Source: Leucoraja ocellata
Lineage: Eukaryota
Direction: 5' to 3'
DNA: 64,000 nt
NCBI GenBank assembly: GCA_036785375.1
Contig: JAWMAR010000478.1
Coordinates: forward strand, 248,001-312,000
Positions 24,069-36,570 of the stretch are shown here, piece after piece (the stretch's first letter is position 1; each line of letters begins with the position of its first letter). Under the pieces are notes generated by a model. It had not been told where the DNA came from, did no database searches, and saw only the letters and a program-made list of their open reading frames with translations. The position numbers were made by a program, and so were the translations under genes.

Positions 24069-27000
24069 GTTTGTGGAAAATATGACTTCCCTTTTATTTG
24101 CTTTTTTTTAATGATGCATGCTGATATGAGTTTTTTTCTCCTATATGATATCTAAATGCTTTCTGAGACCAGGTCCTTCCATTTCACTCCACTGGTTTAC
24201 TTTGAGAATGTGTCTGAGGCCGGCCGGCTTCACCCTCAGCAACGCTGCATTGATGCATATGCGGCTCATGCAAGCGGTTTCCCCAGTCTGTGTACGATGC
24301 GCTTGTGACGTGGACCCTGCTCCTCCATCCACTGTGAGGTTCCCATGGTAGGCGAGGAAACCGTGTGTGTGTGTGGGACCCCGGTGAGTGTGGGCGGAAG
24401 GGAGAGCGATGTCAATGTCAGGAAATGGGGGCGAGACGCAAGGAACTGCTGATGCAGGATTACAAATCAACACAGCACTGGAGTAATTCAGTGGGTCAGG
24501 CAGCATTTGTGGAGGACATGGATAGGCCACGTTTCGAATCGGGACTCCGTGAGGAGGGACTGCTGTGAGGGACAGAGGGTAGGAGGGTCTGAGTTGTGAT
24601 GGATGAGGGTTTGAGGGGAAGTCAGGAGGGACTGAGGGATGGGGAGACTGGGTAAGGAGTGAACAGTTCCTCACACAGAACAGCGCTTCCTCATCATCCC
24701 TTCCACAACACGGCACTCCTTCACCCCCTCCAGCCACAGTGTAGCTCTCCCTCCTCACTCTCTAGTACAATGCAGCGCTCCCTGTTCACCACCCCTCCCT
24801 CAGCGCAGTTCTCCCTCCTCACCGCCCCTGGCGGAAACACATGCATTCTCACCCGATGGACAGACAGAAGACAAGAAAGAAGTCAGAGTTTTTGTTTTAG
24901 TTTAATCACAGATACAATGTGGAAACAGGAACCACGTCCCCGCCGACCAGCGATCACCTGTACATTAGTTCTATCCTACACACTAGGGACAATTTACAGT
25001 GGCCAATTAATCTGTAAACCTATCTGTCTCTTGAATATAGGAGTGCACCTGGAGGAAACACACATGGTCACAGGGAAAACGTGTCAACACAATACAGACA
25101 GCACCCATAGGCAGAATCTAACTTGGGTCCCTGGCGTTGTAAGGCAGCAACTCTACCACTGTGCCACCATGCCGTCCTTGCGATCCCCCATCGCAGATTC
25201 AAGTAAGACTGAGCCACTAGGCCAAACCCGAGACCACCAGCAATGGTCAGGTCTGGACTGCTGGAAAGAAGCCTATACAAGGCTTCAACCTCAGGCTTAT
25301 AGAGTGGCCTTGGCAAGTCTGAGGTGCTAGTGATTCTTCTGGCCCACAGACAACGACGGACTGTACCCACACACATACACACAGGCATAGACTGGCCGCC
25401 AGGATAATCAAGAGACTGCAATCATCACTTCTTCAAGCCCAAAGGTTGAGCTGCCAGGAAGAAATCTGCACTGCCAGCACTGCTTATGGCAAAGGTGGAC
25501 TGCAGAAAGAAGCCTGAGGTCGCCACAACTCCTCCTTTGAAGATCACAGGAATAAGATGTTGGGACAAGCCCGAGATCACCAGCATCTTGCCTAACGGCG
25601 CCAGAGACCCAGGTTCAATCCCGACTATAGGTGCTTGTCTGTACGGAGTTTGTACGTGTGTGTTTCCCCGAGATCTTATGTTTCCTCCCACACTCCAAAG
25701 AGGTACAGTTTGTTGGTTAATTGGCTTAGTATAAATGTAAATTGTCCCCAGTGTGTGCTGCAAAGTTTCTGCGCTGTTTCTCTAAAGTAAACTAAAAAAA
25801 ATCAATGCTGTTAATGGTCTTGCCATTAACTCTACACTCTCTCCTTGTGCCTTCATCCTCCCAAAGTGCGCACCTCACACTTGCTCAGATTAAACTCCTT
25901 CTGCCATTTCTCCGCCCATTTCTGCATCTGATTTTCATCCCAACGTATCTTCCGACAGCTTACTCACTGTCTGCAACTCCTCCACACTTGGTGTCGTCAG
26001 CAAACTCACTCAGCCACACAGTGGCGGACGGGGTCTAAAAATATTGGTTGTCAGGAGACAAAGGGGGCCCACCCACAACTACAATGCTATCATTTAATTT
26101 TCATAACGAATAAATAACATTTTCAAAAAATACATATGAAAAAAAGGGTACAATTAAAATGTTTGTGGAAAAAATGTGTATTTCTTAGTAATTACAGTGT
26201 ACATGTACTGTACATATTACTGGCAGTCGATACCAAATGTAAATACAGAATGTTATAATTGAATTCTTTATTTACTTTTTTACATTAGTAATTGGTTGAT
26301 ATTTTTAAATAGTTTACTGCACAATTTACACATTAACATAGTTCAAAAGCACAATAGAGCATTGCATGGTCCACTATATTAAGAGTAATCGTTTGTGTTC
26401 GCTGATGATTGTGCGAATCTGCCAATAATTGCTTCTGCATCCAATTCATCTAACAATTCCTTTTCAATGGATAGCAACATGTATGATTCAAAATTCTCCT
26501 CAGACAGCAAATTTCTTAACCTTGTCTTTATGATCTTTAGGTTTGAAAATGTCCTCTCACATTGGATTGAGTAACTGATAGTGTGCAGATGACTTTATAA
26601 AGTTCATAAAGGTTATCATATGCCTTGTCATGAAGTCTGTTGGATGCCAGAATTTTTAGAACACCGATGGGCAAGTGCTGCAGATTTTACAATTGTTGCA
26701 ACTGGAATCCATATTCTCACCATCATTAAGCAATAGTTTTTATACATCAAAGTTTGAAGCAAAAGAAAACAATTCCAATATTACTTGATCTTTGCTGATT
26801 TGTGGAAACAGCTTAATAATACCTTCCAATGCTTCATCTTCAAGGCCCTTCTCTGCAATATTTTTAAACTTTGCTGGGTCCAAGCAGGACAAATCTTTAT
26901 ATAACTGTTTGTATTGTAGAAAGCGTGATTCTAGTGACTGGACAATGCGATCCATTATTGGGTTAAACACATTTACCCCAAAATCAGCGAGAGAATCTGA

Positions 27001-27952
27001 GGAATTTCTTTCATCATCAATAAGCTCATCTGCCATTCTTTTCTTCTTCCTCTGCCTCTTAACTGGCAATGCTGTTTCCAATGCATCAATTTCCAATGTG
27101 TGATTTTCATCCATATTCATCTGTGAAATCCTGTCATTACACTTATTTACAAATTCCAAAGCCTTGCTGTGAACGTTATCAAATGTTCTTGTCTGTTCCT
27201 TCAAGTTTGTTGTAGCTGAATCTAGTAAACTCCATGCTGTAAAAATATCTAAACCACTTGTCTGTAGATAACTTGACAACAGGGTTGTCGTTTCAAATAT
27301 ATACAAGTAAGTAAATGCTGTCAATATGGTTTCAAACTTTAGAAGACTTTGAAGTAAAACATTTGCTTCATGTTTTGTTTTTGCATCAAACTTTTCTGAA
27401 TCTTATATCATTGATAAGCATGTCAATAGATTTACGAAAGTACTGCCAGTGGCATAATCAAAGCGTCCAAATATAGTTGTTGCTGCATTGGATTTTCCTG
27501 ACCATCTGGTCTCACCAATTAGCTTTAATCGTTTCATTTTTTCTTGTCCTAGATGTTTTCCACCAACTTCTATCCATACAGCCATTCTCTTGTATGATGC
27601 TTTCATAAAAGTTGCTATATTCTGGAGCAAATTGAAAAAAGAAACTGCAGGCACACAACATTTTGTTGTTTCAGTTATCACCAAATTCAAGACATGGGCA
27701 TAGGACCACATATGAACATGTTGATCAGCCACATCAGCAATTTTACTTTGTAATCCATTATACTGGCCATGGTAGCTTGCAGCGCCATCTGTGCTATCGG
27801 ATAAAAAAATTTGGGGGGCGATTTTAAGATGCTGTAATGTTTCAATCAATAGATCAAAAAGTCCCTGTCCTGTACCATCATTACTTGGCACAACTGAAGG
27901 TAGTCGCTCACAGATAATACCTTTAAGCACATACCGAATAATAATGCTACTG

Positions 27953-30900
27953 ATCACTGATGATGTGTTCAGGAGCATCTATTGATGTATTTGTATCAAT
28001 CACTGTGCTGGTGAAACCAGTGGCGACCAGGAATAGACTGGTTGACAACCAAGAATAGGGTGGTGACGACTGGAGAGACAGTGGACAGCTCGGAAAGACG
28101 GTAACCGGGGTGGGGCAGGTTGGCAGCCCAAACCGCATCCTCTGAGAGGAGGAGACCCAAATCACGCTACAGAAAACACATGGAAAAATACCCCCAGGGT
28201 GCCCGAAGGGGGGGGGAGGGGGGGGGGGGGGGGGGGGAGGATGAGCACCTCTATTGGATGGATCAAAGGTTCACGACTAATGGCAATGGACAACCGACTA
28301 TGAGTATCAAATGCAGATGTGGTAAGGTTTGCAAGAACAGCCGAGGCCTGAAGATTCACCAGACCCGGATGAAGTGTTTGGATGGACAGGGAGTGTCACA
28401 ACGCACAGGTATTTTACCTGGTGAGACGCAGGAGGAGCCAGGCCCGGAATCACCCCATAGAGCCCGAAGCCTCCAAGTGGCGCAACTAGTCCCTCGGAAC
28501 AGTTCTCCGGAGAAGGTTCGAGTCAGATGGCCTCAGGCCTGCAAGACGGCAGTCTGGCATCAGTTCGACGAGGACGTCGACAAGGTGCTGGAAGCAACTG
28601 CGAAGGGAGACATGGACCTAAGGCTGCGGTCGATGACAACAATCATCATCAGCCTAGCTGTGGAAAGGTTTGGAGAAGTGGAGAAGAAGCCGTCCTGAAC
28701 ACCTTTCACCATGAACCAACGAGCAACGAAGATCCACAAGATCCGGCACAAGCTGAAGTCCCTCAAGAAGCAGTATGACGAGGCCAGGGAAGAGCAACGT
28801 CCCCCCTTGGCTGAGCTGTGAACCATCCTGAGGAAGAAGCTGATGACCCTCCGTAGGGCTGAGTGGCACCGAAGACGCCGGAAGGAAAGAGCCAGGAAGC
28901 GAGCATCCTTCATAGCCAACCCCTTCGGCTTCACCAAACAACTACTCGGGCAGAAGCGCAGTGGGAGTTTGGCTTGCCCTAAGGAGGAGATCGACCGGCA
29001 CATCCAGACGACCTACAGTGACCCCATCAGGCAGCAGGAGCTGGGCCAATGCAACATCCTGATAAAACCACCTCCACCCATCAAGGAGTTTGATAGTAGA
29101 GAGTCATTCCTGAAAGAGGTCCAGGACATTGTGAAGAGAGCAAGAGCTGGCTCAGCCCGTGGCCCGAGCGGAGTCCTCTACAAGGTCTACAAGAACTGCC
29201 CCTTGTTACTGAAACTGCTGTGGAAGATCCTGAAAGGCATCTGGAGGAGAGGAAAAGTGGTGCAGCAGTGGCGATTCGCTGAAGGAGTCTGGATCCCAAA
29301 GGAGGAAGGTTCCTAAAAGATCGATCAGTTCAGAATCATCGCCTTGCTAAGTGTTGAAGGCAATATTTTCTTCAGCATAGTGGCGAGGTGGCTGACCAAC
29401 TTCCTCTCCAGCAATGGTTACATCGACAGCTCAGTGCAAAAGAGAAGCTTATCTGGAGTGCCGGGGTGTCTAGAGCACATGGGAGTGGTGTCCCAGCTCA
29501 TCAGAGAAGCCAGGGAGAACAAGGGTGACCTGACAGTGCTCTGGCTTGACCTGGCCAACGCCTACGGCTCCATCCCGCACAAGCTGATCCAGACAGTCAT
29601 GGCCAAGCATCATGTGCCGGGCCAAGTGGCAGATCTCATCCTGGACTATTACAACCAGTTCAGCATGAGAGTCTCATCAGGGTCAGTAACATCAGAGGGG
29701 CAGAGACTGGAGGTTGGGATCATCACAGGCTGTACCATCTCTGTGATCCTTTTTGCCTTGGCGATGAACATGATCGTCAAGTCTGCTGAGCCAGAGTGCC
29801 GGGGCCCCCGGACCAAGTCAGGAATGCGCCAACCACCAATCAGAGCCTTCATGGCCGAGCACTGAGTCAGTGCCAGGAGGCAGGTGGATCCTGTAGGGGT
29901 TGGAGAAACGGATTGGATGGGCAAGGATGAGGTTTAAGCCAGGACAATCAAGGTCACTGGTGCTGAAGAAGGGCAAAGTCATGGACAGGTTCCGCTTCAA
30001 CATCGAAGGGACACCATTCCCAACTGTCTCCGAAAGGCCGGTGAAGAGTCTTGGCAAGGTGTTTAACAGCAGCCTGAAGAATACAGCATCTGTCCAGGCA
30101 ACCTGTCAGGAGCTGGAGAGCTGGTTGAGAGCAGTGGATCGGTCGGGGCTTCCCGGCAAGATCAAGGAATGGATTTACCAGCATGGTATCCTGCCAAGGA
30201 TACTCTGGCCACTGCTTGTCTACGAAGTCCCAATATCCATTGTAGAGAGATTGGAGAGGAAAGTCAGCAGCTTTCTCAGAAGGTGGCTGGGATTGCCCAG
30301 GAACCTTAGCAACATCGCCTTTAACGGAAATAACACCAAGCTCCAGCTGCCCCTGCAGTCCCTGGAGGAGGAGTTCAAGGTGACTCGGGCCAGAGAGGTG
30401 ATGCTGTACAGGGACTCCAGCGACCCCAAGGTGGCTCAAGCAGGGGTGGAGGTGTAAACTGGGAGGAAGTGGAGAGCCGGCGAAGCCGTGCTGCAAGCAG
30501 AGTCTCGGATACGCCACAGAGTCCTGGTGGGAGCAGTGACTCGGGGAAGAGCAGGCCTGGGAATCTTCCCATCTCCCCAGTTTGACAAGGCCAAGGGGAA
30601 GGAGAGGCGCAGGCTGGTCCAGGAGGAAGTGAGGGCAGTGGTGGAGGAGGAGAGGTGTAGCAGAGCAGTTGGATTGAGGCAGCAGGGAGCCTGGACAAGG
30701 TGGGAGCAGGCCATGGACCGAAAATTCACATGGACTGAGCTCTGGCTGGATGAACCACAGCGCATCAAGTTCCTGGACCAGGCAGTGTATGATGTCCTGC
30801 CCAGCCCATCGAACCTCTTCATCTGGGGCAAAGCGGAATCTCCAGATTGCCCGCAATGCTCAGGCAAGGGGACGTTGGAACACATCCCGAGCTGTTGCCC

Positions 30901-31662
30901 AAAGGCTCTTGGGCAGGGCCGCTACACATGGCGTCACGACCAGGTTCTCAAACCCATTGCAGAAGCCATCAGCATGGGAATCAGCAGCTGCAGACGAGAA
31001 CGCCCCACCACCCAGATGATCACCTTCGCGAAGGCCGGAGTGCAGCTGCCAAGAACCACAGCAGCCAGCCAGGAATCCGTCAGGAATCCTGGCGACTGCG
31101 CAGGGCTGGCAGCTTTCCGTAGACCTGGTGAAACAGCTGAAGTTCCCACAGCACATTGCCATGACCACCCTGAGGCCAGATATCCTCCTGGTCTCAGAGG
31201 CGACCAAAAACATCGTCTTGTTGGACCTGACAGTGCCGTGGGAGGACCGTCTGGAGGAGGCCCACGAGAAGAAGATGGCCAAATATGAAGAACTGGTCAT
31301 GGACTGCCGCAAGCAGGGCTGGAAGGCAAGGTGTATGCCCATCGAGGTTGGCTGCAGAGGTTTTGCATGGCAATTGCTCTACAAAGCTTTGAGTGCACTG
31401 GGCATAAACAGAGTGGCAAGGAGAAGGGCCATCAAGAACACCACAGAGGCAGCGGAGAAGGCCTCGAGATGGCTCTGGATCAGGAGAGGAAGACAATGGG
31501 GAGGAGCGAATGCCTCCTGAACACAAGTCGTGGTCTGATCAACCACGGCTGGGTCGCCTGGGTGAGGGTGTCTGATGTTGAAAGACCTGAAACATCCAAT
31601 GACCCCAGGTTACATCACTGAATATGTGTTCAGGAGCATCTATCGATGTATTTGTATCAATC
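27953..31662 (+). mobile_element. Near full-length RLE-type non-LTR retrotransposon (Hero/R2-like clade), ORF about 28180-31520 with stops and frameshifts
   Basis: N-terminal zinc finger CRCGKVC..H; RT motifs DLANAYGS and GCTIS; CCHC knuckle CPQC..H..C; RHD; RPD..LTVPWE..K..KY restriction-like endonuclease. The catalytic FMDD region is deleted. Confidence 0.9.
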
Positions 31663-32254
31663 GATGGATGAATTTTATCTTGTGTTGAATCAACCAATAG
31701 AATAATATTGTGCTTGAGAAACTTCATGACTAATTCTTTCTTGTATCATATTCTTCATAATTTTGATTAACATGTTTATAGTAGTTTTACTCAGGTATGT
31801 AACAAGTCCACCACGGCCTTTACTTTGAGCCTTTCCTTGTTGCTCTAATCATTTGATTCTTTGTTTAGACTTGTTTTGCACTGCAGAAACATGAGCTGCC
31901 ATAATGGGGTCATATTTTGCCATCAACTACACTGTAGTTAAAAAATTGCCTTGATTCTGAACCTCATTATCTAGAATGTAGGCCGATTCATTTCTGTGAC
32001 CTCGAAAAGGAAGTGCTTGCTTGCCTAACATCTTCATGATGTCTATAATCCTCATGACAATACTTCTCTGCTTCAATACTTCTTCTTTCCTTTTAATTAG
32101 TGATGCTGCTGCAAAAAAATTATCTAAGGTGGCATCATTAACCACATTGATAGATTGCGGAGTATTTCTGACATGTTGTTGTCGATTTATGTAAATGAGA
32201 TCATTACCATGCATAACTAGTAATTTACGTTTGAATTCTCATGTAGTTGAACTT

Positions 32255-35200
32255 AGAAACATAGAAAATGGGTGCAAGAGGCCATGCGGCCCTTCGAGCC
32301 AGCACCGCTATTCATTGTGATCATGGCTAATCGTCCCCTATCAATCACCCGTGCCTGCCTTCTCCCCATATTCCTTGACTCCACTAGCCCCTAGAGCTCT
32401 ATCTAACTCTCTCTTAAATCCATCCAGTGATTTGGCCTCCACTGCCCTCTGTGGCAGGGAATTCCATAAATTCACAACTCTTGGAGAAAAAGTTTTTCTC
32501 ACCTCAGTCTTAAATGGCCGCCCCTTTATTCTAAGACTGTGCCCCTGGTTCTGGACTAGCCCAACATTGGGAACATTTTTCCTGCATTTAACTTGTCCAG
32601 TCCTTTTATAATTTTATATGTTTCTATAAGATCCCCCTCAACCTTCTAAACTCCAGTTTAATACAAGCCTAGTCTTTTCAATCTTTTCTCATATGACAGT
32701 CCCGCCATCCCAGGGATCAATCTCGTGAACCTACGCTGCACTGCCTCAATCACAAGGATGTCCTTCCTCAAATTAGGAGACCAAAACTGTACACAATACT
32801 CCAGATGTGGTCTCACCAGAGCCCTATACAACTGCAGAAGAACTTCTCTACTCCTATACTGAAATCCTCTTGTTATGAAGGCCAATATTCCATTAGCTTT
32901 CTTCACTGCCTGCTGTACCTGCACGCCAACTTTCAGTGACTGGTGTACAAGGACACCCAGGTCTCGCTACACCCCCCCCTTACCTAACCTAACCCCATTG
33001 AGATAATAATCTGCCCCCTTATTTTTGCTGCCGAAGTGGATAACCTCACATTTATCTATATTATACTGCATGCCACGCATCTGCCCACTCACTCAACCTG
33101 TGCAGGTCACCCTGCAACCTCCTAACATCCTTTTCACTGTTCACACTGCCACCCAGCTTTGTGTCATCCGCAAACTTGCTAGTGTTGCTCCTAATTCCCT
33201 CTTCCAAATCGTTAATATATATGGTAAACAGTTGCAGCCCCAACACCGAGCCTTGCGGCACTCCACTCACCACTGCCTGCCATTCTGAATAGGACCCGTT
33301 CACTCCTACTCTTTGCTTCCGGTCTGCCAACCAATTTTCTGTCCATGTCAACACCCTACCCCCAATACCATGTGCTCTAATTTTAGTCACCAGTCTCCCG
33401 AGTGGGACCTTATCAAAGGCTTTCTGAAAGTCTAGATACACTACATCCACTGGCACCCCTTCAGCCATTTTACTTGACACATCCTCAGAAAATTCCAGAA
33501 GATTAGTCAAGCATGATTTCCCTATCATAAATCCATGTTGACTTGGACTAATCCTTTTACTGCTACCCAAATGCCCCATTAGGCACAAGGCATTGGGGGT
33601 TCAGTATTGATGTGGATAGAGAACTGGCTGGCAAACAGGAAGCAAAGAGTAGGAGTAAACGGGTCCTTTTCACAATGGCAGGCAGTGACTAGTGGGGTAC
33701 CGCAAGGCTCAGTGCTGGCACCCCAGCTATTTACAATATATATTAATGATCTGGATGAGGGAATTGAAGGCAATATCTCCAAGTTTGCGGATGACACTAA
33801 GTTGGGGGGCAGTGTTAGCTGTGAGGAGGATGCTAGGAGACTGCAAGATGACTTGGATAGGCTGGGTGAGTGGGCAAATGTTTGGCAGATGCAGTATAAT
33901 GTGGATAAATGTGAGGTTATCCATTTTGGTGGCAAAAACGGGAAAGCAGACTATTATCTAAATGGTGGCCGATTGGGAAAGGGGTAGATGCAGCGAGACC
34001 TGGGTGTCATGGTACACCAGTCATTGAAGCTAGTTATGCAGGTGCAGCAGGCAGTAAAGAAAGCGAATGGTATGTTAGCTTTCATTGCAAAAGGATTTGA
34101 GTATAGGAGCAGGGAGGTTCTACTGCAGTTGTACAGGGTCTTGGTGAGACCACACCTGTAGTGTTGCGTACAGTTTTGGTCTCCAAATCTGAGGAAGGAC
34201 ATTATTGCCATAGAGGGAGTGCAGAGACGGTTCACCAGACTGATTCCTGGGATGTCAGGACTGTCTTATGAAGAAAGACTGGATAGACTTGGTTTATACT
34301 CTCTAGAATTTAGGAGATTGAGAGGGGATCTTATAGAAACTTACAAAATTCTTAAGGGGTTGGACAGGCTAGATGCAGGAAGATTTTTCCCGATGTTAGG
34401 GAAGTCCAGGACAAGGGGTCACAGCTTAAGGATAAGGGGGAAATCCTTTAAAACCGAGATGAGAAGAACTTGGACAAAGTCCATTGGACAAAGTCAGCAT
34501 GGATTTACGAAAGGTAAATCATGTCTGACGAATCTTATAGAATTTTTCGAGGATGTAACTAGTAACGTGGATAGTGGAGAACCAGTGGATGTGGTGTATC
34601 TGGACTTCCAGAAGGCTTTCGACAAGGTCCCACATAAGAGATTAGTATACAAACTTAAAGCACATGGCATTGGGGGTTCAGTATTGATGTGGATAGAGAA
34701 CTGGCTGGCAAACAGGAAGCAAAGAGTAGGAGTAAACGGGTCCTTTTCACAATGGCAGGCAGTGACTAGTGGGGTACCGAAAGGCTCAGTACTGGGACCC
34801 CAGCTATTTACAATATATATTAATGATCTGGATGAGGGAATTGAAGGCAATATCTCCAAGTTTGCGGATGACACTAAGCTGGGGGGCAGTGTTAGGTGTG
34901 AGGAGGATGCTAGGAGACTGCAAGGTGACTTGGATAGGCTGGGTGAGTGGGCAAATGTTTGGCAGATGCAGTTTAATGTGGATAAATGTGAGGTTATTCA
35001 TTTTGGTGGCAAAAACGGGAAAGCAGATTATTATCTAAACGGTGGCCGATTGGGAAAGGGGGAGATGCAGCGAGACCTGGGTGTCATGGTACACCAGTCA
35101 TTGAAGGTAGGCATGCAGGTGCAGCAGGCAGTAAAGAAAGCGAATGGTATGTTGGCTTTCATAGCAAGAGGATTTGAGTATAGGAGCAGGGAGGTTCTAC

Positions 35201-36570
35201 TGCAGTTGTACAGGGTCTTGGTGAGACCACACCTGGAGTATTGCGTGCAGTTTTGGTCTCCAAATCTGAGGAAGGACATTATTGCCATAGAGGGAGTGCA
35301 GAGAAGGTTCACCAGACTGATTCCTGGGATGTCAGGACTGTGTTATGAAGAAAGACTGGATAGACTTGGTTTATACTCTCTAGAATTTAGGAGATTGAGA
35401 GGGGATCTTATAGAAACTTACAAAATTCTTAAAGGGGTTGGACAGGCTAGATGCAGGAAGATTGTTCCCGATGTTGGGGAAGTCCAGGACAAGGGGTCAC
35501 AGCTTAAGGATAAGGGGGAAATCCTTTAAAACCGAGATGAGGAGAACTTTTTTCACACAGAGAGTGGTGAATCTCTGGAACTCTCTGCCACAGAGGGTAG
35601 TTGAGGCCAGTTCATTGGCTATATTTAAGAGGGAGTTAGATGTGGCCCTTGTGGCCAAGGGGATCAGAGGGTATGGAGAGAAGGCAGGTACGGGATACTG
35701 AGTTGGATGATCAGCCATGATCATATTAAATGGCGGTGCAGGCTCGAAGGGCCGAATGGCCTACTCCTGCACCTAATTTCTATGTTTCTATGTAACTTTT
35801 TTTTCACACAGAGAGTGGTGAATCTCTGGAACTCTCTGCCACAGAGGGTAGTTGAGGCCAGTTCATTGGCTATATTTAAGAGGGAGTTAGATGTGGCCCT
35901 TGTGGCTAAGGGGATCAGGGGGTATGGAGAGAAGGCAGGTACGGGATACTGAGTTGGATGATCAGCCATGATCATATTGAATGGCAGTGCAGGCTCGAAG
36001 GGCCGAATGGCCTACTCCTGCACCTAATTTCTATGTTTCTATGTTTCTATTATTACCTCTTTTTTAATAATTGACTCCAGCATCTTTCCCACCACCGACG
36101 TCAGGCTAACTGGTCTGTAATTCCCCGTTTTCTCTCTCACTCCTTTCTTGAAATGTGGGATAACATTAGCTATCCTCCAATACACAGGGACTGATCCTGA
36201 ATCTATTGAACATTCGAAAAAGATCACCAATGCGTCCACTATTTCTAGAGCCACCTCCCTGAAGACCCTGGGATGCAGACTATCAGGCCCAGGGGATTTA
36301 TCATCCTTCAGTCCCATTAGCCTATAACCATATAACAATTACAGCACGGAAACAGGCCATCTCGACCCTTCTAGTCCGTGCCGAACACATAATCTCCCCT
36401 AGTCCCATATACCTGCGCTCAGACCATAACCCTCCATTCCCTTCCCATCCATATAACTATCCAATTTATCCAATTATACGCCTACCCAATACTGTTCCTC
36501 GCCTAATGAAAATTTCTTTCAGTTCCTCTACCCCCTTAGATCCTCTGTCCTCCAGTACTTCTGGGAGATG
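32255..36570. mobile_element. CR1 stack: a minus-strand CR1 (32255-33580 and 36049-36570) split by three tandem plus-strand CR1 pieces (about 33581-34468, 34482-35792, 35793-36048)
   Basis: RT motifs LDFQKAFDKVPH, GVPQGS and FADD; (TTTCTATG)n tails; GAACTT duplicated at 32249-32254 and 36571-36576. Confidence 0.9.

Noticed and set aside
27953-28020. Hammerhead ribozyme at the Hero 5' end (CTGATGA ... GAAA)
   Set aside because: I could not build a stem II directly closed by GAAA, nor stems I and III; the GAAA sits in its own hairpin loop
34219-35529. 436-aa novel permuted reverse transcriptase
   Set aside because: Chance in-frame junction of two truncated CR1 copies
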